From a virus (Duplodnaviria; Caudoviricetes): a stretch of DNA of 36,202 nucleotides. This document shows, in pieces, positions 16,308 to 24,966 of the stretch (positions are counted from its first letter, which is position 1; the number at the start of each line of letters is the position of its first letter). Under the pieces are notes generated by a model. The model searched no databases. It was not told the origin of the DNA and saw only the letters and a program-made list of their open reading frames with translations. The translations under genes were made by a program, and so were the position numbers. The DNA lies in IMG/VR virus record IMGVR_UViG_3300046050_000095, positions 1 through 36,202 of that record; one strand, 5' to 3'.

Positions 16308-17852
16308 ATGATTGTAGACCACAAGGGAAAAGCTGTCGGCTTCGCCGAAGACGGCGAGGCCGCGCCGGAGGAGCCAGTGATGGACGAAGTCGCCGCGGCG
16401 GGCGGGGACGACATCGCCGGCGGCTGGGTGGGTGACCTGCAACCCTTTCAGGACGCGATCCTGGCCGGGCAGCGCGAGGGCCTGAAAGGCTACAAGCGCG
16501 TCAAGATGGACGGGCAGGTCAAGGCGCTGATGCAGCAGCGGCGCACGGCGGTGCTGCAAAACGATTGGGTCGTCGAGCCGGGCGGGACGTCGGCGAAGGA
16601 CGAAGCGGCGGCGGACTTCCTGCGCGAGCAGCTCGAGCGCATCAAGTGGGACGACACCACGGGAAAGATGCACTGGGGCACGTTCTACGGCTACGCGGTG
16701 GCGGAGCTGCTGTACGGCCGGGACGGGCGGCACATCGTCTGGGACGAAATCCGCGTGCGCGACCGGGAGCGCTTCCGCTTTGACACCGACTTCAACCTGC
16801 GTCTCATCGAGCGTGGCAAGCCGCAGGGACGCGAGCTGCCGGACCGGAAGTTCTGGTGGTGGTCCACCGGGGCCGATCACGACGACGACCCGTACGGACT
16901 GGGCCTCGCGCACTACTGCTACTGGCCCGTGTATTTCAAGCGGCAGGGGATGCGCTTTCGGCTCATCTATCTGGAGAAGTTCGGGCACCCGACGCCGGTG
17001 GGCAAATTCCCGCCGGGCACGCCGGAGGGCGAGCGCAGCCGGCTCCTGCAGGCGCTGAGCGCAATGACGACCGACCAGGGCGTCATCATCCCCGAGGGGA
17101 TGGAGATCGAGAAGTACGAGGCCGGCCGCGGCAGCTCGCAGAGCGGCTACGGCTCGCTGCACGACGACATGAACGCGGCGATCAGCAAGGTCATCCTCAG
17201 CCAGACGATGACCACCGACGACGGCTCCAGCCGCTCGCAGAGCGACACGCACAAAGAGGTCGCCGACGGCGTCACGGTGTCGGACAGCGGCCAGATCGAC
17301 GAAAGCTTCGTCGAGCACCCGGCGCGCTGGCTCACCGAGCTGAACTACCCGCGTGCGGAGACGCCCAAGATCTTTCGCCAGCTCGAAGACGCCGAGGACC
17401 ACCAGGTGCTGGCCGAGCGCAACGAGAAAATCAGCACGACGGGTTACGTGCCGACGCAGGAGAAGATGGACGAGGATTTCGGGACGGGCTTCGTGCCGAA
17501 AGGCTCCGAGGGCGCGCCGGGGCCAGAGGCGACGGGCAGCCGGCAGCCGCCGGCGGCGGGGCCAGGCGGCGGCGAGGCGAGCTTTAGCGAGACCGAAGCG
17601 GAGGACGCCCGCAGCGGCTACGCCGACCGCGCGGCGGAGGCCGGCGACGACGAGGTGCAGCGCTGGGGCGAGCAGGCGCGCGAGCTGCTGGAGGAGTGCG
17701 CGAGCCTGGCCGAGTTCAGCGAGCGCCTCGTCGGGCTGTACCCCGAAATGAACTCAGGCCAGCTCGCCGACGTGCTTGGCGACGCCATGGGCGCGGCTCG
17801 CCTGGCCGGACGCTACGAAGCTACGCCGGAAAGCCAAGAGGAAGAAGAATGA
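16308..17852 (+). CDS. Portal protein (Mu gp29/DUF935-like)
   Basis: FYGYAVAEL, DPYGLGL...YWP..FK, EKFGHP, ISKVILSQTMTT. Confidence 0.95.
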   Translation: MIVDHKGKAVGFAEDGEAAPEEPVMDEVAAAGGDDIAGGWVGDLQPFQDAILAGQREGLKGYKRVKMDGQVKALMQQRRTAVLQNDWVVEPGGTSAKDEAAADFLREQLERIKWDDTTGKMHWGTFYGYAVAELLYGRDGRHIVWDEIRVRDRERFRFDTDFNLRLIERGKPQGRELPDRKFWWWSTGADHDDDPYGLGLAHYCYWPVYFKRQGMRFRLIYLEKFGHPTPVGKFPPGTPEGERSRLLQALSAMTTDQGVIIPEGMEIEKYEAGRGSSQSGYGSLHDDMNAAISKVILSQTMTTDDGSSRSQSDTHKEVADGVTVSDSGQIDESFVEHPARWLTELNYPRAETPKIFRQLEDAEDHQVLAERNEKISTTGYVPTQEKMDEDFGTGFVPKGSEGAPGPEATGSRQPPAAGPGGGEASFSETEAEDARSGYADRAAEAGDDEVQRWGEQARELLEECASLAEFSERLVGLYPEMNSGQLADVLGDAMGAARLAGRYEATPESQEEEE

Positions 17853-18247
17853 GCAACCGCAGACGTGTGTTCGATCTGGGGCAGCCAGCGGCGGCTTGCC
17901 CTGCGCTCCGGCTGACCATACCGGGCGGGGCGGGGTACGCGCAGCGCCTCTTCACACACTGGACGCACGCAGACGGGAGCCTGGCGGACTGGCCAAGCTG
18001 GGACTACCTGCTGACGATCCAGCGCGGGAGCGCCGCTCGCCGGCTGGAGCTGACGCCCGGTGCGGGCCTCCTGGTGGGCGAGCGCCCGGATGCGCTGCGC
18101 TTGCAGCTCACCGCGGCGGAGGTCGAGAGCCTCAATGACGGGTATGAGCACCCGCTGCAGCTGCGCATCACGGGGGCGCGCGAGGAGCCGTGGTTCTACT
18201 TCGATGAGGAAGACTCTTACATCAAGGTCGAGAACCGCTATGAGTGA
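17849..18247 (+). CDS. Putative beta-sandwich fibre adaptor
   Basis: ATGA-coupled to the portal; LTI.GG...DGS.AD...LRLQLTAAEVESL pattern recalls adaptor domains that precede phage fibres (inference). Confidence 0.55.
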   Translation: MSNRRRVFDLGQPAAACPALRLTIPGGAGYAQRLFTHWTHADGSLADWPSWDYLLTIQRGSAARRLELTPGAGLLVGERPDALRLQLTAAEVESLNDGYEHPLQLRITGAREEPWFYFDEEDSYIKVENRYE

Positions 18248-18803
18248 CGAACGGGTCGGGCACATCCCGCAGGAGAAAGGCATGGAGGGACGCGCCGGGC
18301 CGCAGCCGGGGCCGGAGGGGCCGGAAGGACCGGAGGGACCGCAGGGCGACCCGCCCCCGCTTGACCTGGTCCAGCTGCGCACGACCGATGATACGACCGA
18401 CTACCATACCGACCAGCTCAAGGCCATTCCGTGGGACGGAACCGTCGAGCTTCAGCGCGGCGACGCGCTCGTGCTCGACTCCGCCGACCCCTCACGCCTT
18501 CTCGTCCAACAGGAGGGCGTCTACGACGTGAGGGCGCACGTGGCGCAGCTCATCGACAGTGAGATACGAACCAATATCCGCGTGCGCCTCGCGAAAAACG
18601 GACAGCCGCTCGCGCCGTGGGGGCAGTCCAGCTACATACGAAATCAACGAAATCACCGCCAATCGTCCACGAGCGTGCAGTCCTACCTCGCCTGCGCCGC
18701 CGGAGACGCCTTGCGTGTTGTGTGCGACAAATACGACACCAAAGGCCGCGTCCGCCTCCAGCCTGACGGCACGCTGTTTGAGACGCGGCGGCTGGGGGAC
18801 TGA
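18240..18803 (+). CDS. Short collagen-like fibre with a C1q/BclA-like C-terminal domain
   Basis: G-X-Y run GPEGPEGPEGPQGD; IPWD...LLVQQEGVYDV...LAKNG...AGDALRV jelly-roll pattern. Confidence 0.75.
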   Translation: MSDERVGHIPQEKGMEGRAGPQPGPEGPEGPEGPQGDPPPLDLVQLRTTDDTTDYHTDQLKAIPWDGTVELQRGDALVLDSADPSRLLVQQEGVYDVRAHVAQLIDSEIRTNIRVRLAKNGQPLAPWGQSSYIRNQRNHRQSSTSVQSYLACAAGDALRVVCDKYDTKGRVRLQPDGTLFETRRLGD

Positions 18804-18820
18804 GGCGGCGTGCGAAGCAC

Positions 18821-18857
18821 AAACCTTCCAGGTTTCGGAAACCTGGAAGGTTTTTTT
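18821..18857 (+). repeat. Perfect 16-bp inverted repeat plus T-run (REP-like or intrinsic terminator)
   Basis: AAACCTTCCAGGTTTC-G-GAAACCTGGAAGGTTT followed by TTTT. Confidence 0.85.
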
Positions 18858-18905
18858 CGTCGAGTCAGAAGTATGCTCATTTAGCGAAAAGGCCACCAAC
18901 CCCCT

Positions 18906-20210
18906 ATGCCCGAAACCACGTCCGGCGAGCCCTACGCGCAGCTCCCCCCGGCGGAGGCGGTGCGTTTTTTTCAGGACAAGCTCGCGCTCCCGACGCGGGC
19001 GTGGACGGACGTGCTCCGCAGCGAGCACGACCGCGCCTTCGTGACGGCCGGGGCGACGAAGATGGACTTTCTGCAGGACCTGAAGGGCGAAGTCCAGAAG
19101 GCTATCGAGGAAGGCACGACCATCAAGGACTTCCGAGAGGGCTTCGACGAGGCGGTCGGGAAGCACGGCTGGCCCTACGACGCGGAGGACAGCGAGGCGT
19201 ACCGCAACTGGCGCACGCGCGTGATTTACGAGACGAACCTGTCGAGCGCCTACGCGGCCGGGCGCTACGAGAAGATGACCGACCCGGACGTGCTGGAGCG
19301 CCGGCCGTACTGGCTCTACCGTCACGGCGGCAGCCAGAACCCGCGCGAGCGCCACCTGAGCTGGGACGGCCTCGTCCTGCCCGCCGACGATCCGTGGTGG
19401 GACGCGCACTACCCGCCGAGCGCCTGGGGCTGCAGCTGCACGGCGTTCTCTCTGTCGAAGGCGGACGTCGAGCGGCGCGGGCTGGAGGTGGCCGAGGAGG
19501 CGCCGGAGGTGCAGACGCGCGAGTGGACGAACCCGAACACCGGCGAGGTTGAGGAAATCCCCGAGGGCATCGATCCCGGTTGGGGATACACGCCGGGCAA
19601 GAGCCGCCTACGCGCGCGCTCGCCAGAGTTCGTGGACAACTGGCCCGATGAGGCTCCGAACGTGCCGGAGGGTCGTGTGCTCTCCTCTCCCGAGGCGCGC
19701 GACTTTCCGGCGCCGCGCACGCTTTCGGAAGAGGTGCTGTTGCCCGACGACCTCACGGGGGAGGAATACGCGCGTGCCTTTCTTCAAGAGTTCGGAGCCG
19801 ACATTGATGAGCCGGAGATCGTGGAAGACGTGACGGGGGAACCGCTTGTGGTCTCCGATGAGCTCTTCAAAAATCGAGGCGGCGAGTGGAAGATCAAAAA
19901 GCAGGGCCGCGCCCCGTACATGCGGCTCCTGGCCCAAACGCTGCAGTCCCCGGACGAGGTATGGGCACGGCTCGAGCCGGTCGGGACGAAAGCCAATCGC
20001 TATACGCTCCGTCGCCGTTACCTTGCGCGGTGGGACGTGGAAGGCCAAGCCACACAGGCCCTCGCGGTGTTCGAGTGGAGCCGAAGCGCCTGGAACGGAA
20101 TTACGACCTTCCCGCCACGCCCTGAAGACTACCTTGAGCGCCAGCGGGCTGGCGTCCGGCTGTACGCGCGTGCCGAAGAGGAGGCCGATGAATCGAGCGA
20201 CTCAGAATGA
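18906..20210 (+). CDS. MuF (gp30) head morphogenesis protein with C-terminal PBECR2-like nuclease domain
   Basis: EAVRFF, HDRAFVTAG, WRTRVIYETN, RPYWLY, H..WDG...DDPWW..HYPP..WGC.C; C-terminus has LLAQTLQSPDEVW...RRYL...GITTF...YLERQRAG. Confidence 0.88.
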   Translation: MPETTSGEPYAQLPPAEAVRFFQDKLALPTRAWTDVLRSEHDRAFVTAGATKMDFLQDLKGEVQKAIEEGTTIKDFREGFDEAVGKHGWPYDAEDSEAYRNWRTRVIYETNLSSAYAAGRYEKMTDPDVLERRPYWLYRHGGSQNPRERHLSWDGLVLPADDPWWDAHYPPSAWGCSCTAFSLSKADVERRGLEVAEEAPEVQTREWTNPNTGEVEEIPEGIDPGWGYTPGKSRLRARSPEFVDNWPDEAPNVPEGRVLSSPEARDFPAPRTLSEEVLLPDDLTGEEYARAFLQEFGADIDEPEIVEDVTGEPLVVSDELFKNRGGEWKIKKQGRAPYMRLLAQTLQSPDEVWARLEPVGTKANRYTLRRRYLARWDVEGQATQALAVFEWSRSAWNGITTFPPRPEDYLERQRAGVRLYARAEEEADESSDSE

Positions 20211-20531
20211 TGATGTCCGCAAAGGGAGCCGGCGTGCGGCCCGCCGGCTCCGGCTCCGCGCGTCTCTGGGGGGCGGCCGCAACCGACGGCGCGCGGTAGT
20301 CGTGCGGACTGCTCCTATTTACTGTTGCCCTTCGCCCCGGTTTCGCCGGCGCTCGCCCGGCGCTTCAGAATCGCCGTAGCGCGGCGCGGGCGGCCCGTGT
20401 GCGGCATTGCCCTACCCCTCCGGCGCGCGTGGCATGATCGCCGAGTTAAAAGCCTTTTACGGCACACGCGCCCACGAGACGCGAGTGGTGGTCGTATCCG
20501 GTGGGGGCAGGACGCAAAACGGGCCGCTGGT

Positions 20532-20575
20532 TATGTAAAACTTTTTTAGGTGCGCCCGGCTGTGGCTGCTAATCT
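20532..20575 (+). promoter_or_regulatory. Late promoter 2 (protease/capsid operon): TATGTAAAACTTTTTTAGG-N19-TAATCT
   Basis: Exact copy of the 11563-11581 motif, with the same spacing to a -10-like hexamer. Confidence 0.75.
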
Positions 20576-20647
20576 GGGGAATCACTCGCGGGCGAACGCC
20601 TGCGCTTTGGCCGCCGCCCTCCTGCGATACATCGGCGCTCCACGCGC

Positions 20648-21925
20648 ATGAAGCGTCTCCACGTCTTTCGGTCTGGCACGCACCGCACCGCCGACGGGCG
20701 CGAGCTCTCCTTTTCCGAGGAGGACGTGCACACGTCGGCGGCGGTGTACGACCCGGGCGTCTGCAAGGCGCCGCTGGTGATCGGGCACCCCGAGGGCGGC
20801 AGCGCGCCATCGTTTGGGCACGCGGCCAGCTTTAGCGCAGAGGAGGGGTCGGAGGGCGAGGCCGAGCTTTACTGCGACACCGCGCGCGTTCCGCAGGAGG
20901 TCGTAGAGTGGGCGGAGAACGGGCACATCAGCGGCGTGAGCGCGAGCTTCTACGCGCCGGAGCAGGAGGCCAACCCGGTGCCGGGCACATGGTATCCTCG
21001 ACACATCGGCCTCCTGGGGCAGCAGCAGCCGGCGATCAAGGGCCTCGACAACTGGCCGAATTTCGAGGAGGACGAGGAGGAGGCCGTTGAGCTGGTGGTG
21101 AGCTTCGCGGAGGGCAACGCCGACTTCGCGGAGGCGTCGCGCGTCGCCGACCTTGTGGGCCGCATGATGCGCTCGATGCGCGACTTTCTGATTGACACCG
21201 AGGGCACTGACACGGCCAATCAGGTGCTCCCGCCGTTCTGGATCGAGGACCTCGAAGAGGAAGGCCGCGGCGACGCAACCGACTTTTCCGAAGACCCGTC
21301 GCCCTCTTCTGCGGGCGACGACACCGACGCTCCCACCGATTCCCCCGATTCTACGATGGACCCGGACGACGAAAACGAGACGGACCCCGAGACGGACGCT
21401 GACACGTCCTCCACCGACGACCGCGAGGAGGCGCTTTCCGAGCGCGAGCAGGAGCTCGCCGAACGCGAGGCCGCGCTCGACGAGCGCGAGTCCAGCGTGG
21501 AAGACCGCGAGAAAACCCTCAGCGAGCAAGAGGCCGAGGCGCAGCGCCAGGAGCACGAGGACTTCGCCGAGGACCTCATCGAGGACGGCGCGCGCATTCT
21601 GCCGCGCCACAAGCGCACGGTCGTTGCGGTGCAGAACGCGCTCGCCGGCGGCGAAGAAAGCGTGGACTTCAGCGAGGAGGGCGGCGAGGACGATGAGGTG
21701 CCCACCCTCGACGCCTTCCAGCGCTTCCTTTCGGAGCTGCCGCAGAACGTGGACTTCTCGGAGGTCTCCGCGCCCAGCGGTGACGGCGACGACCCGGTGG
21801 ACGCGTCCGACGCCAAGAGCCTCGCGCAGGCGGCCGTCGATTTCCAAGAGGAGCGCAAGGAGGCCGGCGAGACGATCAGCATGTCCGAGGCCGTGCAGCG
21901 CGTCAAGGACGAGCGCGCCTCCTGA
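20648..21925 (+). CDS. Prohead protease/scaffold (Mu I/Z-like)
   Basis: HVFRSGTH, YDP...APLVIGHP, VSASFY, HIGLLG..PAIKGL; acidic coiled-coil C-terminal half ending ISMSEAVQRV. Confidence 0.88.
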   Translation: MKRLHVFRSGTHRTADGRELSFSEEDVHTSAAVYDPGVCKAPLVIGHPEGGSAPSFGHAASFSAEEGSEGEAELYCDTARVPQEVVEWAENGHISGVSASFYAPEQEANPVPGTWYPRHIGLLGQQQPAIKGLDNWPNFEEDEEEAVELVVSFAEGNADFAEASRVADLVGRMMRSMRDFLIDTEGTDTANQVLPPFWIEDLEEEGRGDATDFSEDPSPSSAGDDTDAPTDSPDSTMDPDDENETDPETDADTSSTDDREEALSEREQELAEREAALDERESSVEDREKTLSEQEAEAQRQEHEDFAEDLIEDGARILPRHKRTVVAVQNALAGGEESVDFSEEGGEDDEVPTLDAFQRFLSELPQNVDFSEVSAPSGDGDDPVDASDAKSLAQAAVDFQEERKEAGETISMSEAVQRVKDERAS

Positions 21926-22017
21926 CGCCTCTTTTCCGACGCTCCCTTTTCTGCCCCCGCGCGGCCTCTTTCGCCCCGCCGCCTTCTTTCTTCCTTCCCC
22001 AGCCCGACCCCGAGCCG

Positions 22018-22392
22018 ATGCGCAACCCCGGCCTCATCAAAGCCTACGACGCGCCCACCTCCATCGAGCCCTTCCGCATCGTCAAGTACGGCGCGGCGGA
22101 GGGCCAGGCCGAGCAGGCCGCTGGCGCCGGTGAGGCGCTCTTCGGCGTGTGCGACGACCTGGGCGGTGTCGAGGGCGCCCGCGCCGACGTCGTCGAGACG
22201 GGCGTCTGCGAGGTCGAGTACGGCGCGGCCGTCACGCGCGGCGACCTCCTGACCGCCGACGCGCAGGGCCGCGCGGTGCCCGCAGCGCCCGCTTCGGGGG
22301 CAACGGCTCGCATCATCGGGGAGGCCAAGATCGACGGCGCGGCTGGCGACATTGGCTCGCTCAAGATCATGCTGTCCCAGGTGACCGGCTAA
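22018..22392 (+). CDS. Capsid cement/decoration protein (DUF2190-like)
   Basis: IEPFRIVKYG...GV...VEYGAAVTRGDLLTADAQGRAV...GDI; lies between scaffold and capsid. Confidence 0.85.
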   Translation: MRNPGLIKAYDAPTSIEPFRIVKYGAAEGQAEQAAGAGEALFGVCDDLGGVEGARADVVETGVCEVEYGAAVTRGDLLTADAQGRAVPAAPASGATARIIGEAKIDGAAGDIGSLKIMLSQVTG

Positions 22393-22448
22393 CGGCTGCC
22401 GGGGCGGTTCTCACCTTTCCCACGCCTTCCTCCACTCAGACCAGACCC

Positions 22449-23513
22449 ATGAAGCGCTCCCTCTCTCGCGTTCTGCCCTTCGTCGCTTTCGCCCTGGCGC
22501 TCGCCCTTGCGGCGTGGGCGCAGGAGGCGGCCGCCGCTGCCGGCCCGGCCGGCGTGCTCTTGGCCGCGCCGACGCTCTTTCCTTTCCCCGTGCAGCCTGA
22601 ACTGCAGGCGGTGGCCATCGGCTACCGCAACCAGCGCCTCATCGGCTACGACGTGCTTCCGGTGATGCAGGTGGGCAGCCAGGAGTACGGCTGGTACAAG
22701 TGGGACGTGGCCGAAAGCTACAGCCTGCCCGACACGAAGGTCGGCCGCACCTCGGCCCCGAACCGCGTGCAGTTCCATGCGGAGGAGAAGACCTCGCGGA
22801 CCGAAGACCACGGGCTCGACGACCCGATCCCGATGAAGGACATCGAGGAAGCGCCCGACGGCGTCGACCCGCGCGCGCGAGCCGTCGAGGGCATTACCGA
22901 CTACGTCGAGCTGGGCCACGAGAAGCGCACCTCCGATCTCGTGTTCGGCCTCGACACCTACCCTTCGGCCAACCGCGTGACGCTCTCGGGCTCGTCACAG
23001 TTCAACGACTACGACAACTCCGACCCGCTCGGCCGCATCGCAGACGCGCTCAACCAGCCGCTCATTCGCCCCAACACGCTCATCTTCGGGCAGCGGACGT
23101 GGACGATCTTCCGGCAGCACCCGAAGGTCGTGAAGGCGGTGCACATGAACGCCGGCGACAGCGGCATGGCGAGCCGCGAGGCGGTGGCCGACCTCCTGGA
23201 GGTCGACGCCATCTACGTCGGCGAGAGCCGCCTGAACGTGGCGGCGAAGGGACAGGCGCCGAACTTTGAGCGCATCTGGGGTCCGCACCTGGCGATGACC
23301 TACATCGACTCGCTGGCGCGCCCGACGCAGAGCCAGACGCGCGTGACCTTCGGCTTCACGGCGCGCTACCAGGACCGCATCGCCGGCACCTTCGAGGACA
23401 ACGACATCGGCCTGCGCGGCGGCGAGATCGTGCGCTCCGGCGAGTCCGTCGACGAGAAGGTGTGCGCGCCGATGGCCGGCTACTTCATTCAGAACGCGGT
23501 GTCCGCCAGCTGA
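22449..23513 (+). CDS. Major capsid protein with an N-terminal signal-peptide-like extension
   Basis: PFPVQPELQAVAIGYRN..LI...VLP, DTKVGR, RPNTL, HPKVVKA, GYFIQNAV; ATG 22449 follows a typical pyrimidine-rich leader. Confidence 0.9.
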   Translation: MKRSLSRVLPFVAFALALALAAWAQEAAAAAGPAGVLLAAPTLFPFPVQPELQAVAIGYRNQRLIGYDVLPVMQVGSQEYGWYKWDVAESYSLPDTKVGRTSAPNRVQFHAEEKTSRTEDHGLDDPIPMKDIEEAPDGVDPRARAVEGITDYVELGHEKRTSDLVFGLDTYPSANRVTLSGSSQFNDYDNSDPLGRIADALNQPLIRPNTLIFGQRTWTIFRQHPKVVKAVHMNAGDSGMASREAVADLLEVDAIYVGESRLNVAAKGQAPNFERIWGPHLAMTYIDSLARPTQSQTRVTFGFTARYQDRIAGTFEDNDIGLRGGEIVRSGESVDEKVCAPMAGYFIQNAVSAS

Positions 23514-23645
23514 CGACGACATACCCCAAGGTGGTAGGGTCGAGGAAACGCCACCGACTCCAAGCGCCCGGGTGACCATCTCGACTCCGGCCCGGGCACT
23601 CTTGCCCACGACCTCGACGCTTCTCACCGACCGCCCCTACTCGCG

Positions 23646-23858
23646 ATGACCTTCGACGTCCAGAGCAACTTCGAGCACGACGGGGAACGCTACGACGCCG
23701 GCGACACCTTCGATGGCCTCACAGAGAAAGAGGCGCGGCAGGCCGGCCTCGTGCCCGACGTGCTTGCCCCGAACCCCGGCGGCGACCGTTCCGCTGGGGG
23801 CAGCACCAAGAAGGGCGACTCGAAGAAGAAGGACGCGAAGAAAGACGACGACGAGTAG
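23646..23858 (+). CDS. Small head-associated protein (Mu gp35 position)
   Basis: HDGERYDAGD...LTEKEA motif plus a Lys/Asp-rich tail. Confidence 0.7.
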   Translation: MTFDVQSNFEHDGERYDAGDTFDGLTEKEARQAGLVPDVLAPNPGGDRSAGGSTKKGDSKKKDAKKDDDE

Positions 23859-23915
23859 CCGCTCCGCCCCTCCGCGCCCCTGCCTCGACTCCGGCCATAG
23901 GCCCCCGCCGTTCCG

Positions 23916-24464
23916 ATGTACGCCACGCCCGCCGACGTGCTGCGCCGCCAGAGCGCCTACGATCTGGTGCAGCTCACCAACGACCGCGACGAGGAGGTCC
24001 CGCTGGGTCTCTTTCGCGCGGTCGTGGAGGGGGCGGACGTGAGCGGCGCGCCGACCGAGCAGGTCGAGGCGGCCGAGGCGTGCGTCCTTGCCATCGAGGA
24101 AGCCATCGAGGACGCGGAGAGCGAGGTGGATTCCTACCTGGCCACCGGCGGCTACGATACGCCCTTCGACGCGAGCGAGACGCCGCGCGTGCTCGAAAAG
24201 CACACCTCGGCGCTCGCCTACTACGAGCTGCACGAGACGCCCACCGAGCACCTGCGGGCGGAGCGCGAGGACGCGATCTCTTGGTTGAAGCGCGTGGCGA
24301 ACGGCCGCGTCTCTCTGGGGCCGACCGAGAGCGGCGACGACAGCCCCTCTCCCTCCGAGGGTGTTGCGCACAGCGGTTCTGATCCGGTCTTTAGCGGGAG
24401 GCGCGCCTCGACGCCCGGCGGCCCGACCTTCTTTCAGCGCCCGCGCTCGGTCGTGGGCGCATAG
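23916..24464 (+). CDS. Head-tail adaptor (Mu gp36/DUF1320-like)
   Basis: MYAT..D...LVQLTND, AIEDAESEVDSYL, LAYYEL, AISWLKRVANGRVSLG. Confidence 0.9.
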   Translation: MYATPADVLRRQSAYDLVQLTNDRDEEVPLGLFRAVVEGADVSGAPTEQVEAAEACVLAIEEAIEDAESEVDSYLATGGYDTPFDASETPRVLEKHTSALAYYELHETPTEHLRAEREDAISWLKRVANGRVSLGPTESGDDSPSPSEGVAHSGSDPVFSGRRASTPGGPTFFQRPRSVVGA

Positions 24465-24485
24465 CACACGCCTTTTCCCACTGGA

Positions 24486-24962
24486 ATGTCTGTCTTCGTA
24501 AACGTCGGCATCGACGGGAAAGAGACCGCCGCGCAGGCGGCCGAGGAAATCCGTGCGCGCACGAGCGACGCGAAGCCGCTCCTGAAGAACATCGGGGAGC
24601 ACATGCTCCTCTCGGTGGACGACCACTTTAAAAATGAGGAGGGGCCGAGCGGCGAGGCGTGGGAGCCGCTCGCGCCGGCCACGCTCAAAGCGAAGGAGCG
24701 CGACGACATTTTGCAGGAACGGGGGCGGCCGTCGGGCCTGCGCGGCTCGATCACGTACGAGGTGCTCCCGTCGGGGGTGCGTTTCGGGACGCCGAAGGTC
24801 TACGGGCGCGTCCACCAGCTGGGCATCGGCGAGCGCTCTTCGGTCAAGACGCAGCAGCGGATGCCGGCGATCCCGGCGCGGCCGTTTCTGGGGGTGTCCT
24901 CCGAAGACCTCGAGGCCATCGAGGGGATGATTACGCGTTTCCTTTCAGAAGACGAAGCGTAG
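24486..24962 (+). CDS. Virion morphogenesis protein (Mu gpG-like)
   Basis: F..E.GP.G..W.PLAPAT, LRGSI, YGRVHQLG, IPARPFLG. Confidence 0.9.
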   Translation: MSVFVNVGIDGKETAAQAAEEIRARTSDAKPLLKNIGEHMLLSVDDHFKNEEGPSGEAWEPLAPATLKAKERDDILQERGRPSGLRGSITYEVLPSGVRFGTPKVYGRVHQLGIGERSSVKTQQRMPAIPARPFLGVSSEDLEAIEGMITRFLSEDEA

Positions 24963-24966
24963 TCCC

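Noticed and set aside
22522-22527. AGGAGG as Shine-Dalgarno for an internal capsid start
   Set aside because: 26 nt from GTG 22554, too far; it simply encodes Gln-Glu-Ala.
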